This document shows, in pieces, positions 24,471 to 36,136 of a DNA stretch of 64,000 nt. Source of the stretch: an uncultured Nitrososphaeraceae archaeon (GTDB lineage Archaea; Thermoproteota; Nitrososphaeria; Nitrososphaerales; Nitrososphaeraceae). Below the pieces are notes generated by a model. The model was not told the DNA's origin, ran no database searches, and saw nothing but the letters and a program-made list of their open reading frames with translations. Each line of letters begins with the position of its first letter. Positions within the stretch are counted from its first letter, which is position 1. The stretch is from the NCBI GenBank assembly GCA_963825865.1, contig CAWGVG010000015.1:1-64000 (forward strand). Reading direction: 5' to 3'. The position numbers and the translations under genes are program-made.

Positions 24471-26393
24471 ATGCTAAGAAAGATTATACAAGCTAGATTT
24501 ACAGTAGCAATAGTAATACTGCTTGCGCTTGTAATGATGATTTCTTCTACATTTTCTGCAAATATTATTGTTGTCTATTCCCAAAAAGCACTAACAAACA
24601 CAGTAATACTACCAAAGAAAGCTACAACAAATACTAGTAATAGTACATCATCGCCGTCACCTTCCATTACATCTCCTCCTAAACTTCATGCTGTTAAAAT
24701 AATATCACCTGTTAAAGGTCAACAAGTGCCAATAGGGAAAGACCTTACAATATCTGGAACATCTATGGATACTGTGAATTCTGGTTGCCAGATAACCGTA
24801 ACTGTTAATCGTGTAAAACCGGCTCAAGTTGCTACTGCAGGTGGTCCAGGGGGACCTGATGATTACTCAAAATGGAATTTTATAATTAGTCCTTCTAAAT
24901 ATACTAATATTAATCAAGGACAAAATAGAATATCAGCTAAATATACTTGCAGTAGTGTCAACACCGGCGTGTTGTCGTCTGATAGCGTAAACGTAACTGG
25001 AGTATCGACATTAGGAGGAGGAGCAGCAGCAACTACAACTACGACTGCCAATGCTGTTTCAGATACTCCTATCATAAAAAAATCTATTCCTGTAGGTAGT
25101 AACGCCACCATCGCAGGTCATAGCCCGAGCAGCAGTAGTAGTATTAGTAAAGCTAACAATAACAACAATGCTGGATCTCATGTTAGCAGTGTATTATCAT
25201 CATCTTCCCACTCTCCAGCTCAGTTATCATCATCAACAACTTCATCAAGAGGAGTGTCAAAACAAGTAAAACCTACTCTCAATTATGAAAATAGTAATAA
25301 TAATATACCAAATTTAAATTCAGACATATTACACATAAAAATAGCATCGCCTCTTGTAGGCCAGTTAGTACCCGTTAGTAGCAATCTTCTTGTGACTGGA
25401 ACATCTTCAGATACTGCTTCTACCAATTGCAAAGTCTATGCTGGATTGAATGGTTATAATTTATATCAACCTGCTATAGCAGCTGGCCCTGGTGGAGTAA
25501 CAGATTATTCTAAATGGTATTTTAAATATACTCCTACTCCTACTGCATACTATGCTATTACACCAGGCGGTAATACATTAATTGCCAAGCTAACTTGTAA
25601 TGGCAACCCAAGTCTGGTAAAATATGCTACTACGGATATTACAGGGATAGTTGCAGGACTACCACCACCGGTAGTCATTGTCCCATCATCATCTGCCAGT
25701 ACGGCTTATACCAGTTATGATCCAGTGCCATCAACATCATCATACACTACCCATTCATCTGCTAAGGTACACAAGGTTCATGATAGTAGCAGTAGCAGTG
25801 ATGGAGGGGCTAAGGTAACGGTGCGCAAAGTTCGTGACAGTAGTAGCAGTAGTGATGGAGGGAGCAGTAAGGTAAAGATACATAAAATACACCCAGTAGT
25901 ACATATCCGATCATCTAGCAATACAGCTCATACCAGTTATGATCCAGTGCCATCAACATCATCATACACTACCCATTCATCTGCTAAGGTACACAAGGTT
26001 CATGATAGTAGCAGTAGCAGTGATACTAATGGTTTAACTAATGATGATAATAGTAATAATGAAAAAATAACTCATAATCATATAACGAGCAATATACAGG
26101 ATAGTAGTAGTGATGTAGGGGCTAAGATAAAGGTACACGACGGCAGCAGTAGTAATAGTGATGCAGGCAGTAGTAAGGTAAAGGTACACAAGGTACCTGA
26201 TATTCATTCATCTGCTAAGGTACACAAGGTTCGTGACAGTAGCAGCGATGGTAGCGATGTAGGGGCTAAGATAAAGGTACACGACGGCAAGGATAATTAT
26301 AATAACAATGATTCAAATGGACTTGCAAATAACATTATTAAAGATGTTAAAAAGAGTCTTAAAAATGGAGGAATAAACGTAGACTTAGGATGA
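24471..26393 (+). CDS. secreted S/T-rich protein with two Ig-like repeats and a His/Ser/Lys repeat tail
   Basis: Signal peptide; two KI.SP..GQ.VP..GTS.D..C..A.GPGG..DYSKW..C domains; repeated KVHKVHDSSSSSD. Confidence 0.8.
   Translation: MLRKIIQARFTVAIVILLALVMMISSTFSANIIVVYSQKALTNTVILPKKATTNTSNSTSSPSPSITSPPKLHAVKIISPVKGQQVPIGKDLTISGTSMDTVNSGCQITVTVNRVKPAQVATAGGPGGPDDYSKWNFIISPSKYTNINQGQNRISAKYTCSSVNTGVLSSDSVNVTGVSTLGGGAAATTTTTANAVSDTPIIKKSIPVGSNATIAGHSPSSSSSISKANNNNNAGSHVSSVLSSSSHSPAQLSSSTTSSRGVSKQVKPTLNYENSNNNIPNLNSDILHIKIASPLVGQLVPVSSNLLVTGTSSDTASTNCKVYAGLNGYNLYQPAIAAGPGGVTDYSKWYFKYTPTPTAYYAITPGGNTLIAKLTCNGNPSLVKYATTDITGIVAGLPPPVVIVPSSSASTAYTSYDPVPSTSSYTTHSSAKVHKVHDSSSSSDGGAKVTVRKVRDSSSSSDGGSSKVKIHKIHPVVHIRSSSNTAHTSYDPVPSTSSYTTHSSAKVHKVHDSSSSSDTNGLTNDDNSNNEKITHNHITSNIQDSSSDVGAKIKVHDGSSSNSDAGSSKVKVHKVPDIHSSAKVHKVRDSSSDGSDVGAKIKVHDGKDNYNNNDSNGLANNIIKDVKKSLKNGGINVDLG
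25708..26024 (+). repeat. 95-bp exact direct repeat inside CDS (25708-25802, 25930-26024)
   Basis: ATACCAGTTATGATCC...AGTAGCAGTGAT identical in both copies. Confidence 0.9.
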
Positions 26394-27137
26394 TCTATTT
26401 GTAGACTCTTTATTCTATACTGCATAAGTTGTACAAATTAAGGCTGTGTTAACTTATCGCACCTATGTAGATATTTAGTCTTTTAGAAATTGGCCAACTA
26501 ATGATTATTATTTCGCATAAGCAGAATTAGTATACTAGATCTTGATTCAACCCCTTTGTGTGTGGTAGTTCTGACTTCAACTTTATGCAGACATGAGTGG
26601 CCAGGGTGGCCATAGTAACTTTCTATTATTATTATTACCAAAATTATTATTACAAAATCTAATCTAAATTACTGTATATTTCATCTTTTCAAACTGCTCT
26701 TAAAACGTAAAATACCCTGTCCACCCCGCCCAGAGCATTCATTCAGCAATTGCCATTATTGTATCAGGACCGTTAGGATTTTCGACCAAATAATAATTAG
26801 TTAGCCAATATCCTTCAGTTTAGAATCGCTTAAACCACATTCTTTGCATTTGTAAATTACTGTCTTTTCCAATTCTTTGTCTGGTAACATTTCTGATCCA
26901 CAACAGGCATATTTCATTTTATACGCAAATGAATGTGGAGTTTTTTAAACATAAAAACTGGATGATCATGCTCTGATATATGGTTGCTGCTACACTATGG
27001 GCACAGTAAAATAACTCATTGAGCTCACAAGCTTAAGACCACTTGATAAGAATATATATAGACAATAAATGCATGCCATTTGTTGAGGTTCGACTAAAAT
27101 AAAACAAAAAGACCGTCGAAATCGTGCAAACAAGGTC

Positions 27138-27713
27138 GTGAGAGAAAAGAAAATCAAAAGGCTTGTTGTAATTGGAGTCATAGCAGCTATAGCTATAGGT
27201 ATTGGTATAGTTGTAGCAACTTCAAAGGTACCATTACAAGCTGGTGCTGTACCAACAATAGATGGAATACAATGTAACCCGTCTGAAAAATTTGTTTTAC
27301 ATAATCATGTGCATATTGATACTTTTATCAACGGTCAACGTTATACTGTTCCATCGCAAATTGGCATTATACCTGAAAGATGCATATATTGGCTACATAC
27401 ACATGACGATTCTGGAATTATACATATAGAGTCACCTATAGTAAAGAATTACACCCTGGGACAGTTCTTTGATATATGGGATAAGAAATTCAATAACTCA
27501 CAAATATTTGATAATGTGGCTAATGGTAAAAATAATAATAATAATAATAACAATAACAATAATACGTTGAGTGTATATGTTAATGGCCAAAAAGTAAGCA
27601 ACGGAGCAAATTATAGAGATATCAAGCTTAATGAACATGACCAAATTGCAATAATTTATGGCAAGCCCCCAACTAGCATACCTACAAAATATGAATTCCC
27701 TAAGGGATTGTGA
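27138..27713 (+). CDS. membrane-anchored His-rich hypothetical protein
   Basis: IDGIQC, HNHVH, CIYWLHTHDDSGIIHIESP, YTLGQFFDIW. Confidence 0.8.
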   Translation: MREKKIKRLVVIGVIAAIAIGIGIVVATSKVPLQAGAVPTIDGIQCNPSEKFVLHNHVHIDTFINGQRYTVPSQIGIIPERCIYWLHTHDDSGIIHIESPIVKNYTLGQFFDIWDKKFNNSQIFDNVANGKNNNNNNNNNNNTLSVYVNGQKVSNGANYRDIKLNEHDQIAIIYGKPPTSIPTKYEFPKGL

Positions 27714-28230
27714 TGATGATAATAATAATAATAATAATAATCTTGATGACGATAATTCAGTTTGAATTGTAGCAACTTGTTTAATCAGCTGTGAATATAT
27801 ACAGCAAAAAATCACAAAATTATCATTAAAAACAACCCTGACGGATGTGGTATGCTAAATCATATCACTAGTGATTTGAGCACAAAATTACAAGAAAAAT
27901 CAGCCGTCAGAGACGTCATAGTATCCATAGTGCTATATTGATATTTACTATATTGTATAGCATATACATCTATACTCCTTTACTATGATCTACTCCACAT
28001 TCTGCGCAGATCCTGTCAGGACACGACATCATAAAATCACTATCAAATACAAATAAATCGTAGTGCCTGTAGCTTTGACTGGAAACAAAACGCTTATTTT
28101 GGCCTTTTGATAAATTATAATCAGATATCATTAACTCTCAGGTCAGATCCCTAGATTGTGATGATAGTAGTACTGTTCTATTTCGGCGTTAGCACATGAT
28201 ACTCTTTTATGTCCACATTTACAATTACAA

Positions 28231-29118
28231 ATGATATTAAAGCCTAGACCTTCCCACATTCTATTGCAGTTTTCATGGACACTGCTTTTACATTTCGAGG
28301 CAACTGATGATTCAAAGAATATACAAAATAACATTTTATTTACAAAAATCGTGGCAAAGAACCTTGAAAACCATATTCAAAAAGCAAGAGCTATTCTTGA
28401 GGTAACAAGCAAATTACCACAAGTAAGAAATATGTCTTATGCTAATTTGCTAAATCAAACATTAAGCACATTACATGGAATACCTCAATATGCAGATAAA
28501 GAAAAAAGACATGTAGCTAAGAACATAATAGATAGTAATAGCGATTTATACAAAATATATTTTATTATGCCAAATGGAGATATGTATTTTCTTGAGCCTT
28601 ATTCTACGCAACAGACTCTTACCAAAAACAACTATGCATTTAGAGATTATTTCCAAGGTGCAATTAAAACAAATGGTACTTATTTAGGAAATGTAATAAT
28701 TGCTACAGCTGCTTCTCATCCCAGAGAAGCTGTGATTGCTGTACCAGTATATTCTCTAAAGGATAATTCTACTATTGCTGGAGTATGGGCTGGTAGTATT
28801 GATTTTAATATTTTAGATAAAGAACTTCAGTCACTCAATATTACATCCTCATCAGATGTTGGTAATGGTAATAATAATACACGTATTGTTTATCTAGATA
28901 GTAATGGACAAAAAATAGCAGATTCTGATATAAATAGAAGTTCTGAATCTTTTGCTAATCTGAATAGTGTTAAGAATGCTATAAACGGACAAGCCGGTTC
29001 AATAACCGATATAGTAAACAATAATACAAAGATGTTAGTAACATATCAGCCAGTCAAAGTATTTCATAACACTTGGGTTGTTCTTTTGATGCAACCAATA
29101 CCACCACCACGACAATAA
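28231..29118 (+). CDS. Cache-domain protein
   Basis: FIMPNGDMY, NYAFRDYFQGA, VIAVPV, YLDSNGQ, WVVLLMQ. Confidence 0.8.
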   Translation: MILKPRPSHILLQFSWTLLLHFEATDDSKNIQNNILFTKIVAKNLENHIQKARAILEVTSKLPQVRNMSYANLLNQTLSTLHGIPQYADKEKRHVAKNIIDSNSDLYKIYFIMPNGDMYFLEPYSTQQTLTKNNYAFRDYFQGAIKTNGTYLGNVIIATAASHPREAVIAVPVYSLKDNSTIAGVWAGSIDFNILDKELQSLNITSSSDVGNGNNNTRIVYLDSNGQKIADSDINRSSESFANLNSVKNAINGQAGSITDIVNNNTKMLVTYQPVKVFHNTWVVLLMQPIPPPRQ

Positions 29119-29531
29119 TAATCAATCAACATTTTTTCTATATATAACAGCTATCATATAGAGCTGATAACAGGCAGTCGTTGTTTAATCTGACTCAAAA
29201 GAGTATAGCATATTGGGTTCGATAGTTTCTAGACCCTTTTCTTTTTTTATATGATAGTGGTAAACAGGACTTAATGAACTAATTAACACACATAGAACTG
29301 ATCCCTATAATGATCTGAACCAATTAAGTAAAAGGTACATGGGTCTTCCTCTTACACCATCCCATTCTTCTATACTATATGTTACAGCACCGATTTACAG
29401 AAAATTAAGTCCGATCTCGCTTTGTAAAAATGGTCATTTGCATGGAACACAAATGCCATTCTTCTCTAAAGCCTTCTGATTTTCTCTTAAGCGTAGTATA
29501 TAATTCTGATACAGGTGAAAAGGTCGGTGAT

Positions 29532-29604
29532 TTTCATGAAATAAAATTCAACGACACAAAAGACATGAGATTTCATGAAATAAAATTCAACGACACAAAA
29601 GACA
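29532..29604 (+). repeat. 34-bp tandem duplication (period 39)
   Basis: TTTCATGAAATAAAATTCAACGACACAAAAGACA at 29532 and 29571. Confidence 0.9.
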
Positions 29605-29938
29605 AAACAAATGTTTCTAATGCGATTGTATCCTTAGCTAATAGTACAGATTACATAAGGGTCTATATGAACATTAGACCTCAGTATTATTATTATCATC
29701 ATGATGATCATCTATCATATTGCTATTACTGACGATCAGATTTGTCATTATATCATTATTATTCTTATATCCTGTTCCTGTTGTGTCTCTGTAAACAGCT
29801 TATAGAATTTATATTTCGCTTCAAGACTTAAAGCGTTCTTCGTTTATCCTATGCCAGAGATTGGCTCTAGCATTTCAAGCTATCTTACCGAAGTTCTAAG
29901 AAACCACCTTTTGTAGTTCTCTCAACCAACAAACTAAA

Positions 29939-32293
29939 CTAACTAAATGTACTAGTGAATGTAGTTTCACTAATTATATCCTTAGCTGGGCTTGGTAATA
30001 CTTCTGCATTATATTTCCTGCCAGGAGCGATAATGATCTGATTAATCTCTTGGTTTTTTGCAGGATACCAGTACAAAAGGAAATTCTCCTTGTCCCATTT
30101 CATTTCAGTGCTAGTGGCCCACACAGTGAACTCAGGAGAGTAGTGCATGTCATAGGGTATGTAAATTATCGTAGGTGCTTCGCATACTTTCCCCTTTAAA
30201 ATAATCGAAGCATACTTTGAATCGATATCAAAAAACAAGAGAGTCGGCTCTGATGAGCTTCGCATAGGATATGGACGTGCAACTACATCTATATTTCGTG
30301 GCTTTCTGTTAGGTCCCAAGAGAGAATAATTCTCCAAATTCCAATTATCCTTACCATCCTCAGTATTATACAGATCATAGTTCCATATAGTAGCATTAAG
30401 AAGAAATGCCTCCAGTTGATTAAATTGCAGGTTTAAGTACTCTCGCACCTGTTCTGCCTCTTGAAACGCTCCAAATTCTGTTAGAAACGGTATGAGTCCC
30501 CGTTCAGTGGCAGCCTGCAGTAGCTGACCAAAAATTATGGGAAATTCCATCTTGTAGGTGTAAATACTTTCAGGAATTTTTACAAACGAGCTGGCAACAG
30601 CCATTGGGTTGTAGTAATGAAATGAAAGAACTCCATTAGAACCAAAGGTGGAAATCGAGGACAGATCCTTTGGTAGATATGTGATCAATTTCTTGGAGAC
30701 GATTTTCCTATCCACTAATGCCTTTTTTATAAAGTCCATATTAAATGACTGCTTTAGTGCAAGTGGGGATGCTCCGTAATTGACTGGCATACCGCCCTCG
30801 CCTGAAGAGATCGTCCAGTCCACTCGAGGTTCAATAAATATAAAGAGCTTGTTGTCGATTTTTGCAATCTCAGAGTTTATTTTACGATAAAAGTCCATAA
30901 GAAACTTGACTTCAAAGTCCTTTTTTGATATCATACCAGGATGGGGCTCATTGAAAGGTTCAATACCCAAGACCGCTGGATGTCCAAGGCCGTCGTTTAA
31001 GGACTTGAAGAATTTGGTGGTTAGCCCAATGGTTTTCTCAAGATGAGTGCGAACCGGGTAGTTTTCAAGACCCTCTTCTAGATTGGTCAAGTCATTTTCC
31101 CAAAATGACTTGAACGTATGTTTTAGTGACTTGTTTATCATGTATTTTATTTGCCACTTTTTGTCAGGAGGAGGAGAGGACTTTGGTGGTCTTTCACGTT
31201 CTTTATTATCTACTGCAAGTGTCCAGTCAGGGAATCCATCGCCTCCATAGGCTTCATTTGCTATGTCTTGGTGGAAATCCAAAATCACGTAAATATTTCT
31301 CGCGTAAAGCTCGTCAACTATTTGTTTCATATATGATAGATATTCCTTACCCTCTGGTAGAAGATCATCTAGAGTTGGGTTTGGTCGAGGTTCTAAAGCC
31401 TTCCATGAAATCAGGAGACGCACAATGTTGAAGCCCAGCTTCTTGAGGAGATCCAACTCCGGCTTTGCTAATTGAATTTCCTTCTTCAAATCAAGTCCTG
31501 ACAAATCCTTGATTTCAAGGGGCGATATAGGAAGATAAGGAGGCAGCTTGCTTCGCCCTGCAAAGTTTACTCCTCGAAAAAGAATGTATCTCCCGTGTTC
31601 ATCTCTGAACCAGGAACCGCTCTTCCATATTGCCTTTGCATCCTTGGCAGAAGACTCGTGATCAATCGTTTCAGAAAGTTTTTCCAAGGAAGTATTGCTT
31701 GAGTCTGTTTTGGAGTAGAGGATGAGCCCCTGACGCCTCCCCATCCTAATCCCGGCCAACATTACTTGTATTCCACTTACTGCTAGCGCTATTGCAGTCA
31801 TTACTAAAAGCAGTGCTAACCCAAGTTTGGGATATGAAAGGACCAAGATAGATAAAGACGTTATCACTATCCCTGTTGCAAGAGAAGAAAAATCGTGCCA
31901 TTCTTCTTCTTCTTCCTTCTTTTTCATGCCTCGGACCATTCTTATGATTCCATTAGCTAGTAAACCAAATCCAAGGAAGATGATTAGCCATTTTGTAGCA
32001 AATTCTGGGAAGAAGAAACCTGATCCAATATAAATGATAAGACCGGCACCTACTCCTATATTGATCAGACGAGATGATTTTTTGACGCCCTTAGCCTGCA
32101 GCCCACTTATAACCCTCTCTACTCCAAGTATTATTAGACCTATTCCAGTCAAGAAAAGCCAAATGTAAGCACCAGCTGCAGTTTTTGCACCGTAAAAAAG
32201 AACTACAACGGAAAGCACTAAACAGATACTGCCTACAGCTATCTGGAAGATCCAGAACCAAGATAACCTTGAAGCAGATTTGTATCTCTCCAT
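29939..32293 (-). CDS. HdeD/DUF308 membrane domain fused to GH5 (endoglycoceramidase-like) glycoside hydrolase
   Basis: About six N-terminal TM helices; FRDEHGR..FRGVN, GFNIVRL..W..LEP, DFHQD, GDGFPDW, NEPH (acid/base), TEFG (nucleophile), RPYP. Confidence 0.88.
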   Translation of the reverse strand: MERYKSASRLSWFWIFQIAVGSICLVLSVVVLFYGAKTAAGAYIWLFLTGIGLIILGVERVISGLQAKGVKKSSRLINIGVGAGLIIYIGSGFFFPEFATKWLIIFLGFGLLANGIIRMVRGMKKKEEEEEWHDFSSLATGIVITSLSILVLSYPKLGLALLLVMTAIALAVSGIQVMLAGIRMGRRQGLILYSKTDSSNTSLEKLSETIDHESSAKDAKAIWKSGSWFRDEHGRYILFRGVNFAGRSKLPPYLPISPLEIKDLSGLDLKKEIQLAKPELDLLKKLGFNIVRLLISWKALEPRPNPTLDDLLPEGKEYLSYMKQIVDELYARNIYVILDFHQDIANEAYGGDGFPDWTLAVDNKERERPPKSSPPPDKKWQIKYMINKSLKHTFKSFWENDLTNLEEGLENYPVRTHLEKTIGLTTKFFKSLNDGLGHPAVLGIEPFNEPHPGMISKKDFEVKFLMDFYRKINSEIAKIDNKLFIFIEPRVDWTISSGEGGMPVNYGASPLALKQSFNMDFIKKALVDRKIVSKKLITYLPKDLSSISTFGSNGVLSFHYYNPMAVASSFVKIPESIYTYKMEFPIIFGQLLQAATERGLIPFLTEFGAFQEAEQVREYLNLQFNQLEAFLLNATIWNYDLYNTEDGKDNWNLENYSLLGPNRKPRNIDVVARPYPMRSSSEPTLLFFDIDSKYASIILKGKVCEAPTIIYIPYDMHYSPEFTVWATSTEMKWDKENFLLYWYPAKNQEINQIIIAPGRKYNAEVLPSPAKDIISETTFTSTFS

Positions 32294-32959
32294 TATGCCA
32301 GGTAGACACTAAAGATACCTTAAATAGTTTCTTAGTCTAAAAAGATAAAGCTTACCAGATCCTTTCGTATAATTAGCGAGGATAGCGTAAATTTTGCTTC
32401 TTAAGGAAAAAGCTATTACTATTAGATTAGGCTTCAAATAAATCCTACTGAAGTATCAGCAGCTACACTCATTCTATTTGCTTTTTTGGCTAGCTTTCTT
32501 CTCCTTATCAGAGAATATCATTATCTTGTTCTTCATTCCAACTATATCTCCTCAAAATTAATTGACAGAAATAACACCGCTAATTTTTCAATTAATTCAT
32601 AGTTGATCATAACTTATAGAGTCGATCTATAACTTAGTTCAACGATATCTCTTGTGGTGCAGTTTCAATAAGCAGTTGAGATTCTTTAGTCTCTAAATCC
32701 CTAATCACATTAATAAGTTCATTACGCATTTTATTTTTCTGATCTAAAATAAGGGATCTTTTTAGTATTGTGCAATTTTAAGGCTGAACCTTCTTCAAGC
32801 AAATAATACTTTATCTGCATACCTGTTAGTTAGGCATGTATAAAAACATGGGCTTTAATAATATTTTTGTGCGCAAGTAATTTAGCTATCTGTTATCTAA
32901 AATAACTGTCATTTTGGTAATAAATAGTTGATATAAAAACAGAGACTGAACTTAAGAAC

Positions 32960-33040
32960 AGAAAGTTGCAGTATCTGAATATCTGGACAAAAACACTCAG
33001 AAGATGGTATAAATACACTAGATATGACACTTGACTTATT
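32960..33040 (+). mobile_element. right-end remnant of the IS630 relative at 7.6-8.4 kb
   Basis: TGCAGTATCTGAATAT.TGGA...ATGGTAT...TATGACACTTGACTTATT matches 8297-8368. Confidence 0.7.
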
Positions 33041-33067
33041 GAGCTAAGATGCCAGTTATCTTATTAA

Positions 33068-33586
33068 CTATGGAGGAGGAATCTTCTGCCCCAACCTAAG
33101 ATCAATACTCAATGGATTCGAAAAATTTGCATTCTTTTCTGCATCAGTAAATATTACATTCGCTTTAACATTTTTTAACGTATTGTTTGTTATAGTAGTC
33201 GCAAGTTTAGATTGGCCTGAAGTAGAATTAATGATAAAACCTTTTGCAAATGAAGAGATCTTTATCAATCTTCCATTGGGTCAAGAAGGGTCTGTAACAG
33301 AATAATTAACAACTACCTTGATTTGATGTGTTTGGTTATTACTTGTAAGTGGCAAGAAATGCGCATAGTTTAGTTTTTGTGAAATCTCTTTACCATGGTA
33401 TGCAAATGCCATATGATAATAATAATTATCATGGCCATAGTTATCACTACTATTTTCTATCATTAATTGTATTTGCTGCTGCATAGGACTAAAGAGAAAA
33501 AGACCAGTACTGACAGTAATTATAGCAGCAGAAAATATTGTTATTATTGTTATTACTGATAATATTACTTTTGTTGTTGTATACAT
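33068..33586 (-). CDS. secreted hypothetical protein (split in two ORFs)
   Basis: Signal/TM helix, HFLPLT..QIKVVVNYS, SSFAKGF, SNPLSIDL. Confidence 0.5.
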
Positions 33587-33668
33587 CAGAGCATCAATAC
33601 CATAAAAAAAGGAGAGAGATTGAAGGATTGTTATTATTATTATTGCATAATAATTGCTTCTTATTGTA

Positions 33669-34037
33669 TCACTGACCCGTAGTTTGATTGCCGCCTGCTG
33701 TTTGATTCATTATTAGTCCCTTGGCATGCAATCTTAATAGATCACTTAGAATCTCTACACCCAGCAAGTTCTTTAGAGTTTCCTTTGCATCCATAGTTTG
33801 TATCTTGTCAGCTATAGCAGCAAGCACTGGATGATTTGACCTTATTTGAGTTATCTTCAATGCTATCAGTGCCTTTGCGATTTTTGTTTGATTTTCTGAC
33901 ATTCCTTGCATTGTTTGATCTTCTGGAGATGTCTGTGCCATTGCAACTTTTAAAGGAATGGTCAAAACAACTGCGCTTAATGATGCCATTAACATCATTG
34001 CAATTCCAAACTTCATTTTATTGGTCGTCATATTCAA
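33669..34037 (-). CDS. secreted hypothetical protein
   Basis: Signal peptide ending AMAQ; helical body. Confidence 0.6.
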   Translation of the reverse strand: MNMTTNKMKFGIAMMLMASLSAVVLTIPLKVAMAQTSPEDQTMQGMSENQTKIAKALIALKITQIRSNHPVLAAIADKIQTMDAKETLKNLLGVEILSDLLRLHAKGLIMNQTAGGNQTTGQ

Positions 34038-35339
34038 AAGGCATTAGGATGTTTAGTATATTTCTATTATGACAATAAAATATAGGTTTAATATACATAA
34101 TGTTTATATATAATTTTTAAAGTAAAATATAGCATACAGTGGTTCGAGATATCAACTAATAATAATAATAATAAAATGACTAATTTGAACGATTTATATA
34201 GTAATTATGATTTAAAAAATAATAATTATAATACTGATAGGTACAATGAAAAGAAGTTACTGAAAAACCTCCCGACATAGATGCTGCCTTTGATAGAAAA
34301 AAGTCAAGAACATGAAGATAATACGGGCCAAGAGCGGGAACAACAAGAGATTCAATATGAAAAGAGTTTAGAAGAGCGTCGACGTAAGAAGAAGATGATG
34401 ATGATATCAGGTTAAGCAAAGAATAAGAAATACCAAAAGAAATGGCTCCTAACTATTCTCTATTAAGAATTCTATGAATTTAATTTTATCAGTTATCATA
34501 TGCAAATATATAATCATCAAAAAATATTTCTCACTTTGCTACATGTTTTAATTCTTATGCGTATATTTGACATGTGCTGTTCTAGTAATACCTCAATTCT
34601 ATCGCTGTTAGGATAACCGAGGAATTTTAGATACCTGCCAAGACAGTAAACATACCTTTCCTTTGTCGTCTCGCTCTTTATAGAGAGAAGAAAATTGTCA
34701 TAAGCGAGAGTACTGATATTATCAATGGTTTTAGCTTCTACTGATGCAGCTTAGCGGCATCAGTAGGTGTAGGTGTAGGAGGAGAAGAAGATGATGATGA
34801 TGATGAATCCATACCGCAGCATATAGACTATATGGCGTTTTATTTAAGCAACTATAAAGTCCAATCAAAGTATATTTATGGGAGCGAAATCCAAGATTTG
34901 TGTTAGGATGCCAATGAGGTATAGGAAGAGCCGGCTGATGAGGCTTTAGAATTTTTATCAGAAATATGATGAGGATTATGAGTTGCCGAGGCATCCTATG
35001 TCTTGCTTATAGATACACTCATCTATTATTTCGTTAAACCTAGCGAAGTTTAACTCATTAGATCTATATGCATGCTTTCTCCTGTATTGTTTTCTTGATC
35101 TCCAATTAGCACCACTCAATCTAAATATTCTGATTTAAACTAACACATTACTTTTGACTAATTTTTCACAAAAAAACTACTATAAAAAATATAATCATCT
35201 GTTCAAAACAATCCAACTCTGTGAGATGGTTAGTTTACGGATATCGCTGTAAGGAAGAGAGCGAATATTAAATAAAGTAAATCTTGCGCATAATTGATAT
35301 TAGCGCTAACTTTGTGTAAGTTGGTGGAAGTCGAGGCAA

Positions 35340-35543
35340 TTGTCAAAGAAAATTCAGATGCCAGGATCTGCACGCACAGGATTGGCATTGTTGTTTGTAG
35401 GAGCAATATTTGTAGGAATAGGAACTTATCTAAATAGAGGAGCACTTTCACTTTACGGACTGATTATGGTTATTGGAGGCTTTTCGTTATATATGATTTC
35501 TTCGTTTGTTGTTACAAGAAAGAGAAATAGGAGAAAAAAATAA
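35340..35543 (+). CDS. small two-TM membrane protein
   Basis: Two hydrophobic helices, basic tail. Confidence 0.6.
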   Translation: MSKKIQMPGSARTGLALLFVGAIFVGIGTYLNRGALSLYGLIMVIGGFSLYMISSFVVTRKRNRRKK

Positions 35544-36136
35544 TTATCAATAGGTTAACTATCAAGTCTCCATAATGCCCAATGTTGAGAAATATACTCT
35601 GTTATCAAGTTAAGTTAATTTAAAACTACTGCACTCTTCTTAGCTGAAAATCAGTAATTAATAGGCTTATTTCAACAATATCAATTTCGATTGTCTATAT
35701 CTTTGTATGTTTCTTATGTGCCTACAGGTTCTGGATTACTAAATGCTATCCAGTTAAAATCCACCACTTCGCCAAAACATGCTGTATCATTCATCCACAA
35801 TCTGAAACCAAAAGATGGTTGTGTGTGATGTTGATAATTGTGTATATTGGCACTGTTAATTGCATCTCCCCTGCTTTCTCCTAAATCCCGTGGAGAGATT
35901 CTAGGGTCTTTACGTTGCTAAAGAATCTAACAAGCTTGGAGTTTTGGTTTTCCTTTTTCTTTTATGTAAAACGATACAACCGCAAAATCTTTGGTAACTA
36001 TTAATTACATGTAATTGACTTACTATCTTCGCAAATCAAAGGAGCATTCACTTACTTTTGAATTGAATCGTGCTAGTAAATTTATTTTCGTTAGAAAGTT
36101 TATATTTTCATCAAATTATATGAGCCTAAGCTAAGA

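Noticed and set aside
27525-27745. (AAT)n runs here and throughout the window
   Set aside because: Generic low-complexity slippage tracts; no specific function supported.
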